Made by a program: the position numbers and the translations under genes. Shown in pieces: positions 1 to 58,075 of a DNA stretch of 64,000 bases (positions are counted from its first letter, which is position 1; each line of letters begins with the position of its first letter). Origin of the DNA: Tubiluchus corallicola. Lineage: Eukaryota > Animalia > Priapulida. The stretch is taken from positions 184,718 to 248,717 of the forward strand of contig JAQGDQ010000351.1 of assembly GCA_030141605.1 (NCBI GenBank). Reading direction: 5' to 3'. The notes beneath the pieces are model-generated. The model was not told the DNA's origin. It searched no databases and saw only the letters and a list, made by a program, of their open reading frames with translations.

Positions 1-430
1 TACTTTAAAACAAATTAGGCACTACAGTCTACAATGAGACCCTGCAGAAACTTCTTTGTGACTTTTAGTGTTGCACGTTGTAAAAAATATCCTGGCTATA
101 CATGACTTGGATAATCATTTCTCTTCTGTATGGAACTTCACATCATTCTCAGTCAAAAATCAAAATATGCTGGGAATGTTTAAGCCACACTTTGCCCCTG
201 TTTAATGAGCAGAAATTTAACATGTCCACAACACGCATCAAGTGCATCCTATTCATACAATCACATAACATTAAACAAGCAAGGAAATCTTATAGCAGAC
301 TGAATAGCAGACAAAAAAGGTTCAAGTTTAAAGTTTTACAACAAAACTTCACCACAAACAAAAAAATAACACTACTGGCAGATAACAAAAGACAAAATGA
401 TAAATACAATAATGTACTAAAAAAACTTAC

Positions 431-45219
<44,789 letters not shown>

Positions 45220-48200
45220 AATTCAGCGTTTTGAATTTCACAACAAACTACACAATACTGGTACGCAGCAGCAACGCTTTGCATAGTATTACATCGCGCC
45301 GCTGAGTTTGTTTGGATGTCACGCTGGGCTGACTTTGGGCTAGGGATTAAACTTGGTTTGGTTTATTGACAAAAGATGGCAGGAGTTTCTAGTAAAGTAA
45401 CCAATGAAAGCATACGCACATACAATTCAACATTTACTAGAAACAACGGTTTTATTGTCAGTGTAATGCGTTTTTAGTGTGTTAATTATTTGGCCACTGC
45501 CTTATGGCATAGTTAAACAACACATTTCTCCCTCTCAAAACTACAACTATATCACTAAATTTTACAGAACCTGTGCTGCCATCTTTTAAATTTATTCTCG
45601 AACTAATAAAAGTTAGTCTATCTTTAATTTTTCTTCATACCAATAAACATATAGAAAACACAATTTTCAATAACAAATATTTATTTGCAAAAATATAACA
45701 CCATTTGAAACCCGATAACAACATTGGTAACCACATATAAAATTTTATAGCAGCACTAACAGTGTTCCAAGTTATTCTTTAATTTTTAAGTTTAGCATAA
45801 GTAATAATTTAATGCATGCGTAATTGTTTAAGTGCATGAAATTAAAAAAGCTGGCAAGTGGCAACAGAATCTGTAATGAAATATTTGCAACCAGACCAGA
45901 ATTGTGATTGTGAAGATGATGAATCTAATGAAATCGATGTATACGTAAAAAAAGTTAGAGGCTCAAAAATTTCTGATGAAAAGGCTAAAGGAAAATCTTG
46001 CCAAGAGTAGCAGAAATTAGATTGCTCCCAAAAACTCACGACGTACTACGGGGTTACAAATTCAATTTCAAATTCAAAAGTATAGACAGGTAATTAACTA
46101 CATTTAACTAGTACACTATTATGCATGTACAAGCTCAACACACTGGCACAGTTATACTTTATTATAATATCATACAAGAAAAACTCGATTTTGGCGGTGG
46201 GGTGGGGACTGTGGGGAGAGGTTGACCTTTAAGGAGGGGGCACTACAAATACTTCTGCATAGGGCCTCAAACTACCTACAGCCGGCCCTGCTATAACCAG
46301 AATAATAATGCTTACAGGCATACATGTTTTAGTGCTTCTTGAATACATTGTCCTACACAAACAATAAACAAAACTAACTGCTCTGAAGAGTACAGACATC
46401 CCAAGATCTTGTCAACAATGTCTACAAATATTTACGCTAATAAACTTTAATCAGCACGTATTTATAAATAATCTGAAGATATGCTAAGAATTCGTTGAAT
46501 ATTATATGTAAGCATTCCTTACAATACAAATTTATCAATCAGTATTAGTCACAACACCATTATAATAATTATATGTCGAATATTAAGCAATTATAATGAA
46601 ACGGGGGCCGACACGTGTTTATTTTATGCTGGCATGTAACCAAAATATTCACAGGTTAAAAACACACAAACAGCCAAATAAGCCTACTCAGCAGTGCTGT
46701 CTTGTGTTGTTAACTGCAGGCTGTAGTGTTGTTCACCTAAAGACGGAGTGAAACAACTTGAGCCGGAAAGAGTATGAGTAATTTGGCCTACTGTGTTCAA
46801 TCAGTTCTTTGCGTGAACAGCGATTTAGGAGATGTCTTGGGAAAAACATTTCTACTTTGACATTATGGTTAATGTTCATTAATCATAAAGAAATAATAAA
46901 TGGTTAACCTGGCAACTACTACACTGTATGCTATAAAATCCTAAAGGCATCTGGCAAGTCTGACAGTGGTTAATGCAATGAAACTATATCGCTTGAAAGC
47001 TTGTATATATTCACTTCCAAGAAAGTATGTCAACATTTTTTCTTACCCTCATGCAACATCACTCCTATTAATACGTAAAAGCAAAACAATGCCAATCAGT
47101 ATGCTTCATAGTTAAGATACATTAACAGTTTTCCCAGTCAATTTACTTTTCCAGATGTTTTAATATATATTATTATCATTGCTCTAGCGAATTTGAAGAA
47201 AAGGGTGATGTTGTCCAGTTACTCATGTGTGCGGATCAGCAGATTCTGTTTATGATATGGCAGCTTTAGAATGGCTTACCTGTTTACCTGAAAATGAATA
47301 AAAAATGTTTAGTAGTTAAATTCAGTTTCTAATTGACAGTATTGCTCAACTCAGTTATTGTGCATCTTGCCCATACTCATTAAGTGTTTTAAAAGTAACA
47401 GCTAGTCTTACTCAAACACTTGTTTAAGTTAAACATAATGTAATAATTGCCATCGCAACTACTCAAACATTTTTTCATTAAATTGAACAGTTCATTACAT
47501 TATTATAGAATTCTATACTATAGCGTGTAAGGTAAGAGTAAAAAAGAGAGAAAGTATGAATACGTGTTAAAAGAAATAGAATTCTACTTCCACAAGAAAT
47601 ATAATTAATTTCCTTGTGTCAGATTATATCTGTTGATGTTCACCTTGAAACAATTAAGGTTGTTAGTATCCAGGAAAACAATTTTCTGATAAAGAATTGC
47701 ATAGATAAGAAAGCTGAAGGAAAAACAGGATTTATAAGCAATTTTTCCACACTCAGTAATGTTCAGCATAAGTGTAAGAGAGGCAACAGCAGAAGCAGCA
47801 GTACACAACAAACCGTCAGCATTTGGGAATTCTTCACGTTTAGGAACCAGTAACAAGAAATCCTAAAAACGTCTTCTACAGAAGTAGTGACGCGTCTTTT
47901 CTTATGGTTGCCCAGAAACACAGATACTGTATTTGCTTTGAAGCTATTGCAACCTTCACATACCAGTGATTGTGGAACAAGTGAACACTATAAACCCCTT
48001 CGCTTAAAGGACAAGAAAAGGTGTTCCTGAAGTACGTTTCAGAAACATTGCCTTGAATATATTAGTTCATAGCAACTTTAAGGTTAAATTGTACTCACAT
48101 TTAAAATAATTTTTCTTTGTTTTAATTTTAAATCTCCTGTAGTACTGTTCCGACCGCACCATTACATGACGTCATCTACCCACAACATAAATCAGGGGAA

Positions 48201-49364
48201 GAAAAGGCAATGACTATGCCTCAAAAAACTTTCCATGCAAACTTATATTACTTAGCATTTCGTTAACCTGCTTGAAAGTCTTGTGGAACTAGAAAAGAAA
48301 ATTCTTAAAGCAAGATAGGGTGACTTTTCATATAGTACCCCATTTTTAATCTGATAAAAAGTATACATTTTAACACAATTAATACTGCAAAAGCATTTCT
48401 GATAATTAAATAATAGATTAAAAACTTAATCAATGGCAGGCGAGTCCAACAATTGATGACATCAGAAACTAAGATCATTTTCAACAGCAAATTATTCCAT
48501 GGGCGTGTTGCATGTGTTTGTGAAAGTGAAAATTGAAGTACAGTGCTACTGTAAGATATTCAGTGTGTTGTACTAAAACTAGGTAAGTTCTAAGACAAAA
48601 ATTCAAATTTCAAATTTACTGCTGTCACGTATGAGCTGTCGAACGTGTGTAGTTCAGCACAAACTAACACATCTGAACTGAGGTACAGCACCTGTTTTTT
48701 GTGCAATGCGTTTCCAAAATGCAGCCGCTAGTACCCGTCTAATTAGCAAATGTGAAATGCACGTACCAGTGAAAAAACAGTGGCGCGAGCGCAAAATTGT
48801 GTTTGTGTGGTAATAATTCTTTCACATATGTTATTTTTGAAAAAAATAGCACAGCATGTTTCCTTTCAATATTTTAAAGAGTAGATTGTTTTGACCTACA
48901 GTTTAAGATTGGGTCCGGTTTTGCTTTAATAATTGAAAATATTCATGCCAGTTGGTAACATGTCGCTGCCTCACTTTCCAGGACGCGCCACTCACTGGCC
49001 AAAAAAATCTGTTTTTAATCTTATTGACAAGATACGGTAAATTAAAATTTTGCTTAGTTGTAAAGTGTGTGCTGTGTGAATGCTCCGATTATTTTTTCAA
49101 ATTTTACACATTGTTATTTAAACTTGTTTCAAACGACTTATTGGCAAAATGGCTACGCCTAACGATCATGGCGGGGGAGTTTAAATTTTCAAGGCCTATA
49201 CAGTGCTACTGCTAAAGCAAGCCTTGTATGCAATAAGACAGCATGAAATGGTGCAACATTTCAAGACAAATTTTTTAAGCTTTATGTGAGTGAAGGGTTT
49301 TCTTGTGCTTTAAATGTATTCATTTGCAATTACATTAAAAACGATGAGATGTATTATTTCATAC

Positions 49365-49516
49365 TTCAATATTGTTAACACTAGATGATTGCCCGCATTC
49401 TGAATGAGTTCCATGGCTTCATCGTGTTCCATGTCAGCTGTGGGCTTGTTTGCTATCTTGACAACCACATCACCTTGTCTCACACCTGCTGATTGGGCAA
49501 CGCTACCTGGTGTTAC
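49365..49516 (-). CDS. Paralogous PDZ C-terminal-half exon (Zasp exon 2-like)
   Basis: ccttttag|VTPGSVAQSAGVRQGDVVVKIANKPTADMEHDEAMELIQNAGNHLVLTILK|gtatga; 152 nt, phase 0 to 2, same geometry as Zasp exon 2; 18/51 aa identical without gaps. Confidence 0.85.
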
Positions 49517-49569
49517 CTAAAAGGTAAAATTACAGTAATCATGGATCAGCTAAATAGATTAAGGGAGAT

Positions 49570-50080
49570 TAGAAAGGAATGGAACAGAATAGAAAATAGA
49601 TCATAACAGAACTGAATGGAATAGAATGAAAGAATACAGGACAGGATGGAACAGGCATAAAGCAGGAACAGGAGCAAAACAGGACAGAAGAAAAGTGAAG
49701 AAAAAAAGAGAGGAGAGGATAGAGAGGAGAGCAGAGAGGAGAGGAGAGGAGCGGAGAGGAGAGGAGAGGAGGGGAGGGGAGAGGAGAGGAGAGGAGAAGA
49801 GAAGAGCAAGAGAAAAGAGAAGACAAGAGAAGAGAAGAGAAGAGAAGAGAAGAGAAGAGAAGAGAAGAGAAGAGAAGAGAAGAGAAGAGAAGGGAAGGGA
49901 AAAGACAGAAGAGAAGAGAAAAGAAGAGAAGAGAAGAGGAGAGGAGAGGAGAGGAGAGGAGAGGAGAGGAGAGGAGAAGAGAAGAGAAGAGAAGAGAAGA
50001 GAAGAGAAGAGAAGAGAAGAGGAAGAGAAGAGAAGAGAAGAGAAGAGAAGAGAAGAGAAGAGAAGAGAAGAGAAGAGGAG
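49570..50080. repeat. Polypurine pentanucleotide repeat (GAGAA)n/(GAGAG)n
   Basis: Directly visible; it explains the low-complexity ORFs in this interval. Confidence 0.97.
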
Positions 50081-51278
50081 ACTTTCTCAGCGCGCAATGT
50101 AAATACATTCAAACAAAATCACAAATAACAATATCAAAATCTAACAACATAACACTGGCACCTTAATAAAGATTAAACAAGGTGTGATCTGGACAATTGG
50201 AACTGCATGAATAATCGGAGGCTGCTAACCAACTAGTAAAATTGGTTTTTCAATTGCCAGTTTTAACTAATTTGCAGACTGACGTAATTTCTGAAAAAAT
50301 AAATCAGCTAATGAGAAGAACAGCTTAATATGAGCAATGTGAAGTACCATACAAAGTGTAACTTGAGGTGCAGTATAAAACTTTAAGGCAGAGAAGAAGA
50401 CCCATTAGCTTTGGTTAGAAGTGTCAAGTGTCAAATTATTACATGCAGTATAAACAGGAAAACGTGTGAAGTTCACACATAATTTATTTACAGAAACTAA
50501 AAATTTGCTGTACCTTTAGCACTGTAAACTGTTGATTGAATTCCTTGCCTCCATGAAGTGTAAGTCCCCATGGTGTATCCAGCTTCCCTCGCATCAATCT
50601 CACATTGCAATTCAAAGGCATTTTGTTCACGAAATTGCCAAAACTATGCAAACTGCAGCAAACCGCTCACAACTGAAATCACAGCTAAACAAGGATCCTC
50701 TTCTAGTGAAGCCAGTGCAGGGCCCACAGCTGCTGCAAAGTTTAGGATGAAAACATTCTCTTGTTGTAAAGAGAAACTAACACACAGCTTCACCACTTTT
50801 CTGTCTCCTCATATATATGTATGACTACAGACACAAATTTAACAAATAATTGTGCATACTACAAAGTACAAGAGCAACATTTTCAGCTAAGCAGAATTAG
50901 TAGTAGTACCCAGTAATCAAAGTCAATTGATATTTTGTAGACACGCAGCAGCCGTAGTACATAGTTTCCCAACCAAGCAGCCTGTAAACAGACATGAACA
51001 GGGTAGGAAGGAAACCTGATACAGTCAGAAAAACCCTTTCATCACTCAGCAGTCTGGAATGATTGCAGAAATTAAGGAAGGCACTTTCAGTCTGGGGTTG
51101 TGACAAATTTATTTAACACAGTGAAGAAACAGGATTCAGTATAATTATTATCAGTGTGGGTTCTCTTATCGAGAAACATCAAGGAAAGGTGGTGAACTCT
51201 CTTTCTCCATTGTCTGTTTGTTTTTTATTATATGTATTGTTGTATAATTTAAACTAAAGGAGAAAATGAAATAATTTC

Positions 51279-51405
51279 ATCTAATGTAATCTGATCTGAT
51301 CTGATCTGATCAGATCTGATCTGATCTGATCTGATCCGATCCGATCCGATCCGATCTGATCTGATCTAATCTAATCTAATCTAATCTAATCTAATCTAAT
51401 CTAAT
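51279..51405. repeat. Pentanucleotide array (ATCTG)n-(ATCCG)n-(ATCTA)n
   Basis: Directly visible. Confidence 0.95.
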
Positions 51406-52616
51406 AGTTCAGCTAAGAATGCAAAATCCAATCACTATAAATCATTTCATGATTTTCAGTTTATTACTGAGTAAACTGCAGAAGTTTCAGAGCATATAAC
51501 TTCTTTAACTACAGATAACGTTTTTATAAACTCAAAAAACTTAAATGAAAAAAACTAAAGTTGTTATGTGCAGACTGCTCTCACAGCAATACTTGCAACT
51601 GATTAGCTACATAAAGAAAAATCAATAAAAGTTCCTAAACACAAAAATAAGGCAAATGTTCAGCAAAATGTAATAAAAGTAAACGGTCATTAAGAAATGA
51701 AAAGTTTGTTTATTGAAAATGTACAGGTATAGTAGTTGAATTTCTCAACTCTGTCAAATCTTTAGCACAAATGAGTACATCGTATGTGTGTTTGCCTTGT
51801 CACAATATAAGAAATTGAAAAGATCGTGAAAAGAATTTTACAAAACAATTTTTGAAAGAAATTACAATTAGAAACTACCACTAAATTCAAAAGTGACAAA
51901 GGCAGTAACAAATGACTGAGTGTTTTTTTTAAATTTAAATTAATATTTACCGCAGTAAATGAAACAGCTAAAATATTACCAAGACAACATAGTAACACTG
52001 ATCATACATTTCTGCATTAGCAAACACAATTATCACTTGCCCTGATTGTGATATTTTTGTAATTTGTGATAAGGACAAGTCATTAAATCTTTATACTAAA
52101 TGTATTAAACCTTAAATAAACCTTAGCCAAGCAATAAGCTTTTTAACACTACATTTCTGACAATTTGACTTCAAATAATAACGAAAATGCATTCAATGCA
52201 TTTACAAATACTTCGTTTACTTGTCGGCCAAAAGTAGATTCATTCAGATATAGCAAAGCTTAGACTATCACGTGAATAATGTTGGAATGACTGTCAATTT
52301 CTGGCCCACTGTCAACTTTACCAATTTTTAATATAAATACCAATACATAAAAAATAAACTGTCCAGCATAACAGTTATTTTATAAGTGGATGCACAATTA
52401 CCTAATTAGCAGTTTATTTAATGCTAACCAAACAAAAACAAAAAACAGTACTAGATTACATGGTTACACATTAAAGAAAAATGATAATATTTAAACGGGA
52501 TAAATATAAATAAACAAAATAGAGGAGTACTACACAAAATAGGAAAACGGTGACTCACCACTACAGCAAAGGATTCTAGGGACGCTGAGGCAAAAAGGAG
52601 AAAAAGAGAGTATACA

Positions 52617-55600
52617 CTACAAGCTTCGTTCCTCTGGCTTCTTGTACTTCATGTCTATGTAATCAAAGATGTCTTCCTCAGATTCAACAGGTAAAGGTTC
52701 TCCAGCAATGCCTACAAATTAAGTATTTCAATTTTACAATACCTGAATTAAACTGATTATTTTTAAGATTTTTCTTTAGCTTGAAAGGCAATTAGCACTT
52801 TCTCAATGAAGAGCCAAAACTTAATTCTCAAATTGTTTTAACAAAAGCTGTAAGAAAGCAACTGAGACTTCAAAATCCAAAAAGCATGACTTTACCAAAT
52901 TTTCGGAGTAATTGGGAATCTGATTACTCACCCACCTTTTAAGCTACCTGGTAAAACTTTGCTGCTTTATAAGGTAGCTTAAAAGGTCAGGAAGCAATCA
53001 AATTTCAGTTGTCTCTAAACTTTCTTTGATAAACTATAGTCTATCCAATGGAAATGGAAACTAGTTCCAAATTTAACCAGGGCCAGAATTTTGTTAAATT
53101 TTGTGGGAATCTGTTCAGAACTGGTGATAAGGATGAGCAAGAAGCAAAGAAGAAATTGTATTGTATAAGCTCAACTTGCTCATCCATAAAAGTCCAACCA
53201 AAGCAAACCCTACAAACAAGCGCAATGGACCCATTGTCATGCAGTGCTGAAATGCTTACCCACAGAAGGCCAAAAACATGCTTGCAAGAAAACTTTGTCA
53301 CATAGGCTGCACTCATGGCTGAGTAGATACGCATGCATGCTCCGCGTGAGCAGCTCGTGACCACCTGAGTTCAGTACTCGTTCTGGGCGGTTTCATTCGA
53401 CAGAGTGATTCTAGCTGTTATCTACCACCTGGGTTCAAGTTCTACACTTGTTCTTGGCGGTTTCATTCGACAAACTGATTCTAGCTGTTATCTACCACCT
53501 GGGTTCAAGTTCTACACTTGTTCTTGGCGGTTTCATTCACCATACTGATTCTAGCTGTTATCTATCACATGGGTTCAATACTCGTTCTGAAAAGTTTCAT
53601 TCTCCCTTAATTTTGCTGTTATCTTGAACAGGAAGGATGCTATACACATGTTCAAACACGGCATTTACACTTCGGTTGGTTCAGTGGCTCATCTTTGGGT
53701 GACGCACTTAATAATAATAAGCGAAGCTCCGGTCACACCACGAACCTTTTAACCCCTGTCGTTGAATGTTGGATAATTACCTGTACTCCCTACTGGCCTG
53801 ATGGTGTACTCGTTGATTGTAAAACCCTTTTCAAGTGCCACTGTTCTCATATGCTTGTTGAACATGTCACTGCCAGTGAAGTAAAGTATTCCACAGTAGT
53901 ACTGGTCATGTGGAATTAATCTAAATGAACACAAATAATTCTTGTTTTAAGGTTATAAACAAACAAATTGCAAGCTGAATACTATTTAACATTGGAAATG
54001 CCTTAAATAACTTTATTTTAGGATCAATTTTTCATACAGCAAATCAGTAACTAACATAAATAAAAACATGTGATGTCAAATATACCTAGAAGACTTATAA
54101 AATGTAGAAGATGCTAAGAGACTAGTAAGTGAAATATTGAGCAGTGCACCATGTGCATTATATGCGGGGCTCAAATCCATGTTAAACAGTTTCCATAAAA
54201 AAAATGGAAATTGTCAATGGAATGATATTTATTTCATGGATACTAATGAAAAAGCGAAAATGCAAAAATAAATAGTAGTACTTAAAAACAATACCTTCAA
54301 CTAAGTCAAACATATTAAGGTCATAAGCAGTTGAGAAAGCTTTCAGTAATATTGACTCTGGAGTTTTTCACTTGTTACAAAATCTGTGATGGATTCTTAT
54401 TACTAATAACCAGATAATAAAACAACAAAATTCTCTGCATCCATGTTTCAAACACTAGCCAGTCACACATTTGATTTTTTATTTTAATGGCAAATAATGA
54501 ATCTGCGCTATTCAATTTTGTGATTTGTAATTGAAGTTAATAACTAATATTCAACCAGTCGCGACAAACTAATAAATGCCAAAAATACAAGTTAGGTAAC
54601 ATGAATCGTTTAAAGAATACCAGCATTTTTAAAGACATACATTGCCAATTTAAACAAAAGTTACAAAATCCAATTGTTACTTCACCTAATATCAAGACGT
54701 CTGTAAGCATGAGGTTCTTCATCTTTGGCGTCTTCCAACTTACAAACTCCCTGTACAAACAAGAGAAGAACTTAACTCAAATGACAAACCAAAAATTATA
54801 AAATTAAAGCTGCAAATTTTGTAGTAAATTTTACACTACCTACCATAATTTGTATTAAGCATGACAGAGTAATAAACGCAAGATGTGCTCACCATGAATT
54901 TGGTGTCGCCGATTGATATTGTGTCAGTTACAAAACCGATATCTTTCAACCGATCTACAACAGCATGGAGCAGCTCAGGTTTATGTTTAGCTGATTGTGA
55001 GGTATAGCTGGGATGCGTCATGAGACAGTCAATATCCCCGCTGGAAGAAGAGCCTGAAATATTATACAATAATTGAAAAAATACCAAGCTACATATGCTT
55101 TTGTTGAATACTGGCAGTGTATTGATAGTGTGCAGCACTAGGTTGAAGAAATGGTCGTTTTCTAATGAGAAATGTAACATTTCTCCACTGATTTGTTACT
55201 AGAGTGGAAAACAGAGAAACTTTGGAGCAAAACAAAAACATACATGATTAGTATTATAGGAAAATCATAGAAAAAAAATATCACTTTCATGTGTCGACAA
55301 CAAGCAATTATTGAGTATACGCTATCGTTTATGTGTTGGACTAGTATGTAAAGTTTACATTCCAAAATATACAAATCTTTTTAAATTCCATGCAGATGAA
55401 TGTAACTTCATGCGTGCGTGTGTGTGTACATACATAACACTGCATATACATATATAAAGCATATTCATAACTATATCTACAAGCACCTCTACGATAGCTG
55501 CCACACACGGTTGCAATGTAACTCTTGTCCAAATTATGGACTTCTGTGAGTAAAACCTCCTCTAATTGCTTCATCTCTTCCCGAGGAATTCTCTTCTCAA

Positions 55601-58075
55601 AGTCTTCAAAATGTTTGAGGCCAATATGTTGGTGATGGTTGAGTTTTTCAGGATGTTTTCTCAACTCTGAAATGGACAGTCCGTAGTTTTCATACATTAA
55701 TGAGTAGTGTTCACAGCTGGATGTTAAACAGCCAAGTAAATTCACGTGACTTTGCAACAGATTTCCACATATTACGTGATCCTGAAATAATTTTTTTGCA
55801 AGAATTTTTCTTTGACAAAGTCATTTTCAGTTACTTCTCTCAAAAACTTAAATGGTGACAAGATTGTTTTTGTATTATAAGTTTGGCATGGTGCACTTTG
55901 AGGGGAAAGAGCTAATGTCAAATCAAAACAGTTAAGGAGATGACACTATAAGGAATATAAAAATTTAGGCCTACAGTAGGACTAATGAAAATTGCACTTT
56001 GCTTAAGTGAGATTAAATATAATTGTAAATGTGAAAGAGTGAACATTGTTAAAAATACCTATTAGCAACAACATTAATGTGCACAACACTAATGAAACAA
56101 GTGCACACAAATTTAAAATATATGTATATAATCATACTAAATTATATCAGCATACACAAACACCTTGCTTTATGTCACAGCTCATACAGTTCTTATTTTA
56201 GGTTGTCACAGGTTTTAGTATGATATCAGTAGGTTTTAGCATCTGCTTGGTATTTTAGTCACTCTAAGTAAGACCTGGTACAGATATATTTCATATGAAT
56301 GTAAATCTGCAATTACATGAATCTACAGTAATGCAAACTTGTACCTTCTACTGAGTTGATACCATCATCTACCAGTTTACGTGCTGCAGCAGGACCAATA
56401 CCAGAGATTCTAGTCAAGAGATTAATTGCGGTGCTCGTGTCATCTGCGCGAATCTTTTGCAGCTTCTCTAAGTTTCCCGTTGATAGCAGCTCATCAATTT
56501 TCTTTGCAATCTTCTCCCCTACACCGTCCTAAAAATCATAAGAAACTTAACTGTCTATGATATTTTAAAATTGCCACTGACAAAATTTACAAAACTAAAT
56601 ATGACACAAAAGTTTGTTTTGAATGCTATTATTTTATTACACTTGATAGGAAGCTCATTTTCAACACCTTCAATGTCTTAAATACTGTCTATTCAATGCT
56701 GATTATAGAACTTGTAGTGTTTTTTAAGCACCTGAAACTGGTTAGCGACAAAATTATCATGAAAATCTCATATACACTTTGATCGAAAAACAAATGAAAT
56801 TACGAGATTGCCGAATCCAATTAAGTTTAAAACTTAGTACACATAATAATCAACACCAATGTTAGCTTGTCACATTTTATGAATAATAATAATATAAATA
56901 TTTTATTAGTACCAGTTTCATTCAGGGGAGAAAAGTAAAACTGAGGAGTCACGGTGTGTGCTTAGCTGCAAAGCTAAGAATGCCAGGCCTGGTTTGTAAA
57001 TGGATGGATGGGCTGCTGGAAAAACTGCTTTTATGCAATTTCATTTCTAATACTGATCCCAGCTACATCTCTCATTGATGGGAGGCTATATGTGCATTTG
57101 GATATGGCTTTTCTACTAAATTAGAGACCTTGGAGTCTGATCCCAGAAAACTACTCTTGGTAGTGAACTAGGTTCCCATCCCCCCACACTCTTCTACATT
57201 TTTTACATTTGCTAAATCTTCATTGGAGAATGCTAAACAATATAAAAAGCCCCAATGATACAGAGAGCTTTTACGGGATGTTTATAATTTAAGCTCGCGT
57301 AAACACTTTTTATCAGACCTACCAGTTTCTTTGCGTCTTTTCCACTTGTTATTTTTTCGGGATGTTTAGCTATGGCACTTGCCGCTTTGCGATAGGCATT
57401 GTACTTGTGCACCATGCGGGTAACGTTCTTTTCATAGTTTGCCAGTTCTGTTCAAAATAAACAATAAGCTGCAATGAGTGCGGCACATACAGTTACAGTA
57501 AATACATCTAAATTAGAAGATTTTAGGTAAAGTTTTGAAATGCGACTGTTACATGAGGAATAGCAGGCAGTAAAGACTTTTACGAAACTATGGATCCATA
57601 TGACTCTCCAGGTTTGCTTCAGGTCACTGTTTAGTGTTACTGTATCCCACTTTAAATGGACAGTAGTGTAGCTATACTTTTAAGGACTCCGGCAAAATAT
57701 TATGGAAAGCCCATTTCTACAGCTTAAGGATGAGCAACAGTTTTTTCAAGATAAGTTACAAGACTCTCATCACTTGCCTTTTTTTTCATGATTTCAAGCA
57801 AACAAAAAAGTATAGTAAATGTAATTATGACTTGCTTTGAAGAGGTGACCTTGTCAGCTCCTCTTCACAGTCAAGGGCCCCTCAACCCTAAGGGCCGTCT
57901 GCGACTGCAGGGCCTGCTGATTCATAGCTGTACCGCAGGTACCGTGAATGCAATTACTGATTAGTTAATTAAAATCTAAAGGTACTAAGGAAAGAGGAAA
58001 GAGGTGATACTTACCAATCAGCATATCACATATATCACTGTTCACGTTTTCGTCGGGAGCTTTGCGTTTACTCAT
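52617..58075 (-). CDS. POLB: DNA polymerase beta (X family), complete, 336 aa
   Basis: Exons 58075-58015, 57447-57323, 56528-56345, 55666-55487, 55053-54893, 54750-54686, 53920-53781, 52711-52617 total 1011 nt. Motifs [28 protein letters not shown] (lyase HhH), [15 protein letters not shown]...SGDIDCL, RRLDIR, YFTGSD.FN, NEYTIRP and [16 protein letters not shown] match the vertebrate Pol beta sequence I recall. Confidence 0.97.
53305..53623 (+). repeat. tRNA-derived SINE-like head followed by a ~70-bp tandem repeat (about 4 copies) in POLB intron 7
   Basis: A-box-like tggctgagtag near 53316. Units start near 53360, 53424, 53494 and 53564; units 2 and 3 are nearly identical (accacctgggttcaagttctacacttgttcttggcggtttcattc...gattctagctgttatct). 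Confidence 0.75.

Noticed and set aside
45220-45250. Splicing of the orphan PDZ exon into Zasp exon 1 to make a tandem PDZ
   Set aside because: The nearest AG upstream of the ATG leads to an in-frame TGA before the start codon.
47605-48200. Overlapping ~80-aa ORFs and a TGACGTCA (CRE) site
   Set aside because: No homology and no convincing exon structure; a single motif is not enough.
53360-53623. CRISPR-like periodic repeat
   Set aside because: Whole units are repeated with no unique spacers; eukaryotic intron; no cas genes.
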